Positions 30,375 through 38,878 of a DNA stretch of 64,000 bases are shown one piece after another; positions within the stretch are counted from its first letter, which is position 1, and the number at the start of each line of letters is the position of its first letter. The translations under genes and the position numbers were made by a program. The stretch lies in the IMG/VR virus record IMGVR_UViG_3300028738_000008; one strand, written 5' to 3'. This stretch comes from a virus (Duplodnaviria > Caudoviricetes). The notes under the pieces are model-generated. The model was not told the DNA's origin, did not search any database, and saw nothing but the letters and a program-made list of their open reading frames with translations.

Positions 30375-30704
30375 ATGATAAACTATTTAAAACAAATCGA
30401 TTACGAGGATATAACCGAAAACAATATTGTTGACAAGCAATATGTTTTTAGAAAGAGTAATTCCGAGAAATGTAAACGAGTTCTTTTCGGCGAATTACCT
30501 GCCGAACTTTTAGACATTATTAATCATAATGATACACACATCGTAACATTGCCGTTTTGTCAATATAATGGTATTGGCTACACTGTTGACGACATTTCAT
30601 TAAATGACATGAAATTAGCTTTATATGAAAATAAGCGTATATTTCTTTACGACTGTTACGACACCCAATTTAAAAATTTTAGAGGACTAATTTTCAGTAA
30701 ATAA
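30375..30704 (+). CDS. Hypothetical protein
   Basis: ORF in operon, A-rich start context. Confidence 0.6.
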   Translation: MINYLKQIDYEDITENNIVDKQYVFRKSNSEKCKRVLFGELPAELLDIINHNDTHIVTLPFCQYNGIGYTVDDISLNDMKLALYENKRIFLYDCYDTQFKNFRGLIFSK

Positions 30705-30707
30705 CAT

Positions 30708-31187
30708 ATGAAAGCAAAAATTTATATCAAGTACCACAATCCAAATTGTAAACTGGAATCTCATGGCAATTGGATTGATTTAAAATCAGCTGAAACAGTC
30801 GTCATGCCAAAGGCATCACACCGACTAATTGATTTAGGCTTCTCGTGTCAGTTGCCAAAGTATTATCAGGCGAATATAGTTCCAAGGTCTTCAACATATA
30901 ATAAATTTGGCTTAATACAAGCTAATCATTATGGAGTGGTTGATGGCCCTGATGCAAACGGCGACGGATATTCTGGAAATGACGATCATTGGAAATTCAG
31001 TGCAATATCGTTGGGAACTGCAAAGGTCGATGAAGGTGATAGAATCTGCCAATTTGAAATCAAGCCAACAATGTTTGCGCCTTGGTATGTAAAGCTTAAG
31101 TGGCTATTTACCAACGATATTGAATTCATTGAAGTTAATGATTTAAAATCTGAAAATAGAGGCGGTCATGGATCAACAGGTAAATAG
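30708..31187 (+). CDS. dut: Trimeric dUTPase
   Basis: WIDLKS, IVPRSS, GVVDGPD, GDRICQF, RGGHGSTG motifs. Confidence 0.92.
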   Translation: MKAKIYIKYHNPNCKLESHGNWIDLKSAETVVMPKASHRLIDLGFSCQLPKYYQANIVPRSSTYNKFGLIQANHYGVVDGPDANGDGYSGNDDHWKFSAISLGTAKVDEGDRICQFEIKPTMFAPWYVKLKWLFTNDIEFIEVNDLKSENRGGHGSTGK

Positions 31188-31338
31188 TACCCAGTTAATT
31201 GAAACTAAGGAAGAAGCCATAAAAAGATGGGAAGCTTCGGGTCTTTTGGAAGGTCTTACTGGACTTATTACCGATGGATCGATGGATATGTATAAATGCT
31301 GTCCAGAATCATATATAATTGACGAAAATAATGAATAA
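31168..31338 (+). CDS. 56-aa protein with MCP N-terminal motif, absent from the ORF track
   Basis: MDQQVNSTQLIETKEEAIKRWEASGLLEGLTGLITDGSMDMYKCCPESYIIDENNE*; translated by hand. Confidence 0.6.
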   Translation: MDQQVNSTQLIETKEEAIKRWEASGLLEGLTGLITDGSMDMYKCCPESYIIDENNE

Positions 31339-31738
31339 AATTATGTATACATGGGATTATAGAAGACCTGATAATTTTAGTGCCGACATGCAAAATGATT
31401 GGAATCAAACAATAATGGTTGCATTCAATCATTTTGCTGTTAAACATGCTAAACATCTTAAGACGAATGTTAAGATGTATGTGCCTTAGAAATATAGAGA
31501 TATTATCGAATCGCTGTATTTTTACAGTCCTAAAGAGTCTGAGCTAATGAGTTCGTTTCTTAAAGGAGTATACCTTGTCGAATTTTATGATGGTAGTGTT
31601 GACCCGAAATGTCATCAAAAGGACGCTATTTTATTTGAAACAACACGTGACTGCTCAAAACGTTGTACAAGTGCTTGTAAGTGTAACGAGATCAAGACAT
31701 TTCCAGTCGAATTATTAATTTTTAATCATAACAAGTAA
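31331..31738 (+). pseudogene. MCP-internal-fragment homologue interrupted by an in-frame TAG at 31487-31489 (pseudogene or readthrough)
   Basis: WDY...QNDWNQTIMVAFN...VP*KYRDIIESLYF...YLV aligns to MCP WDY...QKDWNQTLLTKIN...SPEVSAVMDDLEYF...YLV; frame continues into track ORF 31547..31738. Confidence 0.65.
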
Positions 31739-31745
31739 TAAATAT

Positions 31746-32285
31746 ATGAGAATTGAATTAGGTAAAATAACAGAATACCAAGATAAACAATGTGAGTTGT
31801 TTTCTAATTATAGCGTTTCATCTTCTTTGGATGAATATGAAAAAAGAAATCAATTTAATAAAGATAAAATAATAAACGATATTTATAACGGCAAAAAGGC
31901 GGAGTTTTTAGTTTACAACTTATTAATATCAAGAAAAAAAGAACTAAATTCCCCTGATTTAAATATATACGAAAAATACAATAAATCTTATGATGCTGAT
32001 TTAGTATTAAATTCTTATGATGCTGAATCAGTATTAAAGGCTTTAAATATACACGTTAAAAGTCATAATGTAAATGGTATATTTCCTATTTCTTGGGTGT
32101 TCCAAAAAAATGACCCTTTATTGACTGAACAAAAAGATAATAATTTTTTAGCTTTAGTTGTTATGAATGAAGAAATAAACTATATGTATATGAAAAAAAT
32201 ATCAGAAGTAGATTTTAAGCCACCATTAAAAGAAAGTCTAAGAATGACAAAGGTTTGTGTATACGAAGCTGATTTAAAGGATTAA
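31746..32285 (+). CDS. Hypothetical protein, possible PD-(D/E)xK nuclease fold
   Basis: GKKAEFLV...PDL...DADL...IHVKS pattern. Confidence 0.45.
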   Translation: MRIELGKITEYQDKQCELFSNYSVSSSLDEYEKRNQFNKDKIINDIYNGKKAEFLVYNLLISRKKELNSPDLNIYEKYNKSYDADLVLNSYDAESVLKALNIHVKSHNVNGIFPISWVFQKNDPLLTEQKDNNFLALVVMNEEINYMYMKKISEVDFKPPLKESLRMTKVCVYEADLKD

Positions 32286-32327
32286 TTACATGAGCAGTGG
32301 CTATATAACAATTAATAATTACAATAA

Positions 32328-33482
32328 ATGAAAAGTTATCAAAAGGTTTTGAAAAAGATCATCGCTAAGGGCGTTGAAAAAGAAAGTGGCAGAGCCAATA
32401 TGCCTAATACAATTGGCATATCGCATGCGGTTATAAAAATGGACTTGCAAAAGGGCTTTCCATTGCTAACGACAAAGAAAATGCATTGGAAAGGCATTAT
32501 TCATGAATTGCTATGGTTTCTACGTGGCGAAACAAACATTAAATATCTTATTGATAACAATTGCAATATCTGGAATAGTGATGCATATCGTTGGTATTTA
32601 AAGTATGTCGGCACAATGGTTGAGCCTGATTACGACTATTTGATGGACGACCCAATTGAAAATAAGACCAGACCATTCACATCCGAAGAATTCGTTGAGA
32701 GAATTAAATTAAATCAGCTTGGTGATGATTTATCATATAAATTAGGCGATCTTGGTAAAGTTTATGGTTATCAATGGAGAAATCAAAATGGTGTTGATCA
32801 GGTTGCCGAGGTATTAGACGGCTTGAAAAATAATCCATACTCACGCTATCATATTATTGATGCATGGAACAAAGCCGAGTTCAAAGAAATGGCCCTTCCA
32901 CCATGTCATTTGTTATATCAGTTTATCGTCAGACCTATAAGTATTGAGAAAAGGGTGAAAATGTATTATGACAATGGTGAAATGGTTCATGTTATATTGG
33001 GCAATGCTGTTTACGATATTGATAGTACGTATACAAGCGAAAATGATATACATGGCGACAATTGTCCCGATCCGATTGGTATAGAATACTCAAAAGAAAA
33101 TATTGAATATCTTGATAAACAGAACATACCAAAGTTCTATCTTGACCTAAACATGTATCAAAGATCGGCAGATTCTGCGCTTGGAATTCCATTTAATTTA
33201 GCGTCAATGTCTTTATTATTGATGTTGTTTGCAAAAGCAAATAATATGATAGCTGGAATATCAACATGGATTGGTGGAGATACACATCTATATGTTAATC
33301 ATGTTGAAACAGCTAAAGAACAGCTTACTAGAACTCCGTTAGGCTTGCCTGAAATGAAAATTAACAAAGAATTGAATAATCTTGATGATATTTTATCATT
33401 AGATATAAATGATTTTGAGTTGGTTGGATACGAGTCATACCCAAAAATAAACTATGAATTATTTGTGGGACTTGCGAAATAA
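32328..33482 (+). CDS. thyA: Thymidylate synthase with two insertions
   Basis: FPLLTTKK, ELLWFL, YGYQWR, MALPPCH, YQRSAD, GIPFN, GDTHLY motifs. Confidence 0.95.
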   Translation: MKSYQKVLKKIIAKGVEKESGRANMPNTIGISHAVIKMDLQKGFPLLTTKKMHWKGIIHELLWFLRGETNIKYLIDNNCNIWNSDAYRWYLKYVGTMVEPDYDYLMDDPIENKTRPFTSEEFVERIKLNQLGDDLSYKLGDLGKVYGYQWRNQNGVDQVAEVLDGLKNNPYSRYHIIDAWNKAEFKEMALPPCHLLYQFIVRPISIEKRVKMYYDNGEMVHVILGNAVYDIDSTYTSENDIHGDNCPDPIGIEYSKENIEYLDKQNIPKFYLDLNMYQRSADSALGIPFNLASMSLLLMLFAKANNMIAGISTWIGGDTHLYVNHVETAKEQLTRTPLGLPEMKINKELNNLDDILSLDINDFELVGYESYPKINYELFVGLAK

Positions 33483-33517
33483 TTTTCGGTGTGCCTTTTA
33501 AGTTTTGGTTTTCATAG

Positions 33518-33525
33518 TATTTATA
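33518..33525 (+). promoter_or_regulatory. Putative late promoter motif TATTTATA (sense)
   Basis: 13 nt upstream of GIY-YIG start 33539. Confidence 0.55.
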
Positions 33526-33538
33526 AGAAATAGATACT

Positions 33539-34273
33539 ATGAAAACTGGAATTTATCGAATTCGAAATACCATTACCAATGACAGCTATATTGGCTCTGC
33601 TAAGAATATCATAAGAAGATGGCAAAGACATAAAAGCGGATTGATACATAATAAGCATGAAAATGCTCATTTACAAAGAGCGTGGAATAAATATGGCGGC
33701 GATAACTTTGTTTTTGAAATTGTTAAAGAATGTATGTTCGATGATTTGCTTGAGATTGAGCAAAAATATTTAGACTTGAAGCCTGAATATAATATTGGCA
33801 TAATATCTAGTGGTGGAGATAATTTAACGAACAATCCGAATAGAGACGATATTATTCGACGAATGAAAATTAGCTTGCGTGAGACAATTCTTAATATGAG
33901 CGATGACTGTCGTAAAACAAAATATTCGAGACCGATGGAGTTAAACCCTAATTGGAAGGGTGGTATAAATATTAAGTATTGTAAATGTGGTAACGTTATG
34001 AGTTATTCAGCTAAAACTTGTAGAAAATGTTCGGATAAGTCTGGCGATGGAAATTCATTTTTTGGAAAACATCACAGTAATGTTACAAGAGAGGCTTTAT
34101 CTAATAGCATGACTGGAAAATATAATGGCGAACAAAACATTTCAATTATAGTTAATGATATTGAATATCGATCAGCTGGTGAGGCTTCAAAAGTATTATG
34201 TATTCCAATGGCTACCATAAGGTGGCGAGTTATGAGTAAAAATAATAAATTTAGCAATTATAAATACAAATGA
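33539..34273 (+). mobile_element. Free-standing GIY-YIG homing endonuclease (I-TevI-like)
   Basis: TGIYRIRN...YIGSA...RW..H; CKC...CRKC Zn finger; NSFFGKHHS NUMOD3-like motif. Confidence 0.9.
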
Positions 34274-34524
34274 GAAGACGAAGAAAACTAGAAGTAGGAA
34301 CAGAAGTGATTATTATTAAAATTGGTCTTGAGGTTGCTAAGGATATGATATTCCTAGCAACCAAATATAGCGATGATACTTTAATTCAAGCTATGGATAG
34401 TTTTATTAATGAACTTAAAGGCAAGAATGTTGAGATATTTCTCAGAGAGAAGAACATAATTATAACTGAAAATGGATATTACATATCAGTGTATCCCAAA
34501 GATTTAGTTGAGGTAAAAGAATGA
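34270..34524 (+). CDS. Hypothetical protein
   Basis: ATGA overlap with upstream gene. Confidence 0.55.
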   Translation: MRRRRKLEVGTEVIIIKIGLEVAKDMIFLATKYSDDTLIQAMDSFINELKGKNVEIFLREKNIIITENGYYISVYPKDLVEVKE

Positions 34525-34760
34525 TAAACATTATAATATTAATATTAGCGATAATAATATTATTCCTAGTATTAATATTATTTGTATTATCGAAAAGATT
34601 CTTAATACTATCCAGCAAAGAAAAGGATTTCATTAAATTTGCTTTCGATATATTCATAGACTACGGCGATACGCTGGGAATCCAGTCCGAAGACCAACGA
34701 AAACTGATTACATCCGAACTCGAAAAGATAAAAAGGAAATTAGACAAAAATGTCCAGTGA
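34521..34760 (+). CDS. Small protein with N-terminal transmembrane helix
   Basis: MINIIILILAIIILFLVLILFVLSKR hydrophobic stretch; ATGA overlap. Confidence 0.65.
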   Translation: MINIIILILAIIILFLVLILFVLSKRFLILSSKEKDFIKFAFDIFIDYGDTLGIQSEDQRKLITSELEKIKRKLDKNVQ

Positions 34761-34785
34761 ATACGATTATTTGCTGGACATTTTT
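34746..34785. terminator. Hairpin at convergent gene junction
   Basis: aaaaatgtccag / ctggacattttt 12-bp inverted repeat with T-tail. Confidence 0.6.
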
Positions 34786-34864
34786 TGCTGCTATAGCGGT
34801 AAAGATTAGTATTTTACAGCCATCCACCTATGGCGATCAGTCGATATAGGTGCTATAGCGGTAA

Positions 34865-35398
34865 TTACTCAATGTTTATTACATCACCCTTGACAGGTAC
34901 ACACTTCACAGTTTTGAAGTAGGGTTTGAATCCGCCTATACTTTTCTTGGTTGTGTCAGTTACATTATTTGCGTTTTCAACCTCGTAGAATCGGCTCTTT
35001 TCGCCACTAAAGTTATATTCAATGATGTCGCCTCTAGCTATATCGGCGTTCTTTTCTTCAAGTTCTTGAAGATACACTCCGAAGCTTAAAATACCTGAAT
35101 CATCACGAGCAATTCCGCCTGAACCATCACCATAATTTACCTGTGTTCCATCTTCAACGCCAACCATAACATTTAGTCTGATCGGTGGAAAAAATTTCTT
35201 ATCAATGCTTTTTGCTTGACCGTATAAACTATGGGTTTTTGTTTCAATGATATTAATTTTATGGAATGTTACAAATTGAACGTTATCGGTTTTCAGATAT
35301 TGTCTACCATAAAATATGTCAAGATCAAACGAACTGTCCGTCATGAACAATCCGTATCTCTCGTCTTCCAAATTAATTCTATTTGCTTTCTTTTTCAT
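34865..35398 (-). CDS. Neck/head-closure protein (T4 gp14-like)
   Basis: SLYGQAK, GDIIEY...FYEV motifs; follows the gp13-like gene. Confidence 0.65.
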   Translation of the reverse strand: MKKKANRINLEDERYGLFMTDSSFDLDIFYGRQYLKTDNVQFVTFHKINIIETKTHSLYGQAKSIDKKFFPPIRLNVMVGVEDGTQVNYGDGSGGIARDDSGILSFGVYLQELEEKNADIARGDIIEYNFSGEKSRFYEVENANNVTDTTKKSIGGFKPYFKTVKCVPVKGDVINIE

Positions 35399-35399
35399 A

Positions 35400-36527
35400 T
35401 TAAATAGCGATTATTGGGAACATAATAGGTTGAAAACCTCTTTCCTTGTTAATATTCTCTGCAATTGTTGCTCTTTCCAATGTTAAATTAGCCTGAGACA
35501 TTTTTTCCAATGCGTCGATAATGACTTTTTCAGTGTCTTCTTTTAATTTTATGCCTTCATCAAGTAAATGACGATAGTCCATAACAAGTGCCTTTTCAGC
35601 CACGCCTAGTTCACCAGTAAAGAAACCTCTAATACCGCCGACAACCATTTTCACCTTTGCAATTAAGAGATTTCTTATTTGCTGCTTTGCAACATCATTA
35701 AGATTATCCCATTGTAAAACTTCTGTCGGCGCATCTGATGGTAATCTAACGATATCCGAATTCTTTTTTAAGCATTTCTTAACGTCTTTTGAAGACGAGA
35801 ACATTGTATCGTAATACCAATACCAAACCTTTCTACCAGCATAATGTTTACCCCAACCATAGGCAATTTCATGGCGACCCCCAGGAATTGGGTATAAATG
35901 AAGCATCTTTTCGCCTGTCTCTAAGCCAGTTATGCGATAAGTCAAAATCGATTGAAGTACCCTTTGTTTCATACTTCTGTCCTGTGCTGATAATATTGCA
36001 GAATATGTTGGCTGCACATACATAGACGGACGACCAAGATATGACCACCCTGCCATGCCTGGCGTAAACGTGTTAAGTGCCATAGGATCAATGAGTCCAG
36101 CGTCTACTTCTGGAGGAGTTTCCCACAAAACTTCATTAACTTCTCTGCCAGCAGGTATTAAATAATGTTGTGTATTTTCGGTAGTTAGAATGAAGTCACG
36201 TTTAAGTTCCCAGCCTGCTCCAGCTGGTGCATTTGTACCCAACCCAACTTGTTTTGAATAAGCATAGGTGAATGACTTCATGTAGTTGTTAGACTTGGTT
36301 GTAAAAGCCGAAAGAAAGTCACCGCCAGTCTTATCCATGCCCTCTAAGTTAATCCAGTTCTGATGTATCAACCATGCGTTGACAAACGATGAATAGTCCT
36401 CTATAACCATTTCAAGGTATGACATCATCATATCATCTTTGATTTCAAAAGGTCTTAATGGATAACCCATTTCATGCTTAACATGAAGAAATAATTTATT
36501 TTTATTTGTGCTTGTTATTATCGCCAT
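35400..36527 (-). CDS. Neck/head-tail adaptor protein (T4 gp13-like)
   Basis: VKHEMGYPL...EIKDDMM, KMLHLYPIP, KMVVGGIRGFF...LVMDY...LLDEG pattern. Confidence 0.7.
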   Translation of the reverse strand: MAIITSTNKNKLFLHVKHEMGYPLRPFEIKDDMMMSYLEMVIEDYSSFVNAWLIHQNWINLEGMDKTGGDFLSAFTTKSNNYMKSFTYAYSKQVGLGTNAPAGAGWELKRDFILTTENTQHYLIPAGREVNEVLWETPPEVDAGLIDPMALNTFTPGMAGWSYLGRPSMYVQPTYSAILSAQDRSMKQRVLQSILTYRITGLETGEKMLHLYPIPGGRHEIAYGWGKHYAGRKVWYWYYDTMFSSSKDVKKCLKKNSDIVRLPSDAPTEVLQWDNLNDVAKQQIRNLLIAKVKMVVGGIRGFFTGELGVAEKALVMDYRHLLDEGIKLKEDTEKVIIDALEKMSQANLTLERATIAENINKERGFQPIMFPIIAI

Positions 36528-36573
36528 AATTTAGTATTTTTGTACCTAAATATAAATACTAAAAAATTGGAAT

Positions 36574-37050
36574 ATGATAAAGATTGAATACGACATTAAA
36601 TTGAATGATGAAACTGGTATGCCGTACATAGATTTACCTGTAGACTATGTGATGAAGCCAGAGGATAAATTCTTCGCTTTTGAGATTGTGAGGTATATTT
36701 TGAATGGAATGATCGCTAGTAAGAATTATAGTGTAAATCCAGTTTTACAACAGTTGCTTGAAGATAATTATGCATTTATTAGCGATATATCAGCAGAAGT
36801 TGGCGAATTAATACTAGGTCAAATGAAAACAAATGCTGAAATAAGCAGAGCATTTGACTTGTTTTACAATTTCAAGGTTGATACGATTGACGATTTATTA
36901 AACAAGGATAAATTTCAATATGACGATAAGCTTTTTTTACTTGATGATGGTTTGCTCGTATATGTGATCGACGAAAAGGAAGTTTACGAGTATAAAGTAG
37001 ACGAAGTTACAAACCTTTCATCTTGGGTAAGAAAGGACGGGGTTTTTTAA
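36574..37050 (+). CDS. Hypothetical protein
   Basis: 158-aa acidic ORF, divergent from the neck operon. Confidence 0.6.
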   Translation: MIKIEYDIKLNDETGMPYIDLPVDYVMKPEDKFFAFEIVRYILNGMIASKNYSVNPVLQQLLEDNYAFISDISAEVGELILGQMKTNAEISRAFDLFYNFKVDTIDDLLNKDKFQYDDKLFLLDDGLLVYVIDEKEVYEYKVDEVTNLSSWVRKDGVF

Positions 37051-38546
37051 TGAAAATGATACCCACAGCAGAACAGAAAACAATTTTTAAATTTGTTAAA
37101 GATAGATCAGAGAATATTCTAATTGAAGCATTTGCTGGCGCAGGTAAAACCACCACAATTGTCGAGGCAGTTAAATTATTACCTTCATCATTAGCTATAA
37201 CATTTTTAGCATTTAATAAACATATTAAAGAAGAACTTTCTTTAAAGCTTCCAGAGCATGTGAAATGCTATACAACCTATGGATTAGGCTATTCAGCAAT
37301 TATGCGCAAATATAAGGGTAAGATCAAATTTGACGAATTGAAAATCGATAAGATAATTCAGAAAAAAGCAAAATCATGGTCTTATTCGGACAACATAAAG
37401 AACGAGTCCGATAAATACGTATATTTCGGACAAATAAAACGCTTAGTGGACGCTTGTCGTTTAACTTTAACGCTAAAGCCTGAATATGTTCCATATATAT
37501 CGGACAGATATGATATCGGTCTGAATAAACCAGAGGACATAAAAAGGGCACTCAAAGTTTTGGATACTGCCACCAATGATCGCACGACATTTGACTATAC
37601 CGACATGGTATACTTACCTGCTGTCGATAACTCAATATGGATGTTTCCACAGGACGTTGTTTTTGTTGACGAGGTTCAAGACGTAAACAGATGCCAGATT
37701 CGCATTATTGAAAAGATTTTGAAAAAAGATAAGGTGACTGGTAAGACAGTTGGAAGGCTTATTGCAGTTGGTGATTATTTTCAAGGCATTTACGGGTTTA
37801 ACTATTCCGATGATAAGTCATTCCAATGGTTTCGGGATTATAAGAATACTGAAACATTAAAACTATCATATTCTTTCAGATGTGCAAAAAATGTCATACT
37901 TAAAGCCAATGAGATTGTTCCAGATATAAAAGCATTGGAGAATGCTCCTGACGGCGTAGTGAGAGAGGGTTCAATTTTAAAAGAAGCTGAAAGCGGTGAC
38001 TTTGTTTTATGTAGAACAACAGCACCTTTGATTAGACTGTTCTTTGAACTACTTGTTCAACATAAGAAAGCTGTTATTAAAGGTACAGATATCGGATTAG
38101 GCTTAATTGAAATGATCAAGGATCATAAGACTATCGATAAAATGATTTACTATTGGGAGACAAAACTATTTATGATGAAGAAGGACTTAGCAGCAACGCA
38201 AATGCTAAACCCTGAAAAACATAGTGGCTATGTTGCTTTGGAAGACAAGGTTTTAACTTTATCATTTCTGGGGAGATTGTCACAAGATGTTCTCGATCTA
38301 AAGGCAAAAATATCTATGATCTTTAGTGATGATAATGGTGACGGCATTATATTGTCTACCATACATAAAGCAAAGGGTAGCGAAGCTAATCGTGTTTTTA
38401 TTGCTCGTCCAGATTTAATGCCGCTGCCTTGTTCGAGAGGCTGGCAGATGGCACAAGAAAAGAATTTGGAATATGTTGCGATTACTAGAGCTAAGCATGA
38501 GTTAATATTTGACCATGAATGGACTGATGAAAAAATGGAGGATTAA
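37050..38546 (+). CDS. UvrD/Rep-like superfamily 1 helicase (start moved to ATG 37050)
   Basis: AFAGAGKTT, VDEVQD, VGDYFQGIYGF, SFRC, STIHKAKGSE, YVAITRAK motifs. Confidence 0.93.
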   Translation: MKMIPTAEQKTIFKFVKDRSENILIEAFAGAGKTTTIVEAVKLLPSSLAITFLAFNKHIKEELSLKLPEHVKCYTTYGLGYSAIMRKYKGKIKFDELKIDKIIQKKAKSWSYSDNIKNESDKYVYFGQIKRLVDACRLTLTLKPEYVPYISDRYDIGLNKPEDIKRALKVLDTATNDRTTFDYTDMVYLPAVDNSIWMFPQDVVFVDEVQDVNRCQIRIIEKILKKDKVTGKTVGRLIAVGDYFQGIYGFNYSDDKSFQWFRDYKNTETLKLSYSFRCAKNVILKANEIVPDIKALENAPDGVVREGSILKEAESGDFVLCRTTAPLIRLFFELLVQHKKAVIKGTDIGLGLIEMIKDHKTIDKMIYYWETKLFMMKKDLAATQMLNPEKHSGYVALEDKVLTLSFLGRLSQDVLDLKAKISMIFSDDNGDGIILSTIHKAKGSEANRVFIARPDLMPLPCSRGWQMAQEKNLEYVAITRAKHELIFDHEWTDEKMED

Positions 38547-38549
38547 AAT

Positions 38550-38858
38550 ATGAAATGGTATGTAAAAATCGAAAACAAGCCTAACTTGCGCATAGCCGTA
38601 ACTTATGATGGGCTTACAAATACTCTTATCTTTACTGGCGAATACAAAGAAAAGAATCTTCTATGGATTCCGATAACCAGAAATGAGGTTAAGTATTCAA
38701 ATGAGACATTTGAGATAATCTCAGAAATTCTGTATAACGTCCATATAAAGATGGCGGCAGTCGTTGACAATATAAATTATATCGCTAATCAGTTCGAAAG
38801 CATAAAACTGATTGAAGTGGTTGACGATGCCGAAAATACTATAGGCGAAATAGATTAG
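38550..38858 (+). CDS. Hypothetical protein
   Basis: ORF 3 nt after helicase stop. Confidence 0.6.
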   Translation: MKWYVKIENKPNLRIAVTYDGLTNTLIFTGEYKEKNLLWIPITRNEVKYSNETFEIISEILYNVHIKMAAVVDNINYIANQFESIKLIEVVDDAENTIGEID

Positions 38859-38878
38859 TAAATGGCTTTAAATGGTGA

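Noticed and set aside
32328-33482. ThyA as a dCMP hydroxymethylase or base-modification enzyme
   Set aside because: It keeps the Asn of the GxPFN motif that specifies dUMP, and all canonical ThyA motifs.
32328-34273. Group I intron in thyA carrying the GIY-YIG gene
   Set aside because: thyA is uninterrupted through its normal C-terminus; the endonuclease lies outside, downstream.
34521-34760. Holin or spanin call
   Set aside because: One transmembrane helix only, no adjacent endolysin or lipobox; insufficient support.
34789-34864. Mini CRISPR array
   Set aside because: Only two 14-bp repeats, too short and too few; no cas genes in the window. Kept as a repeat finding instead.
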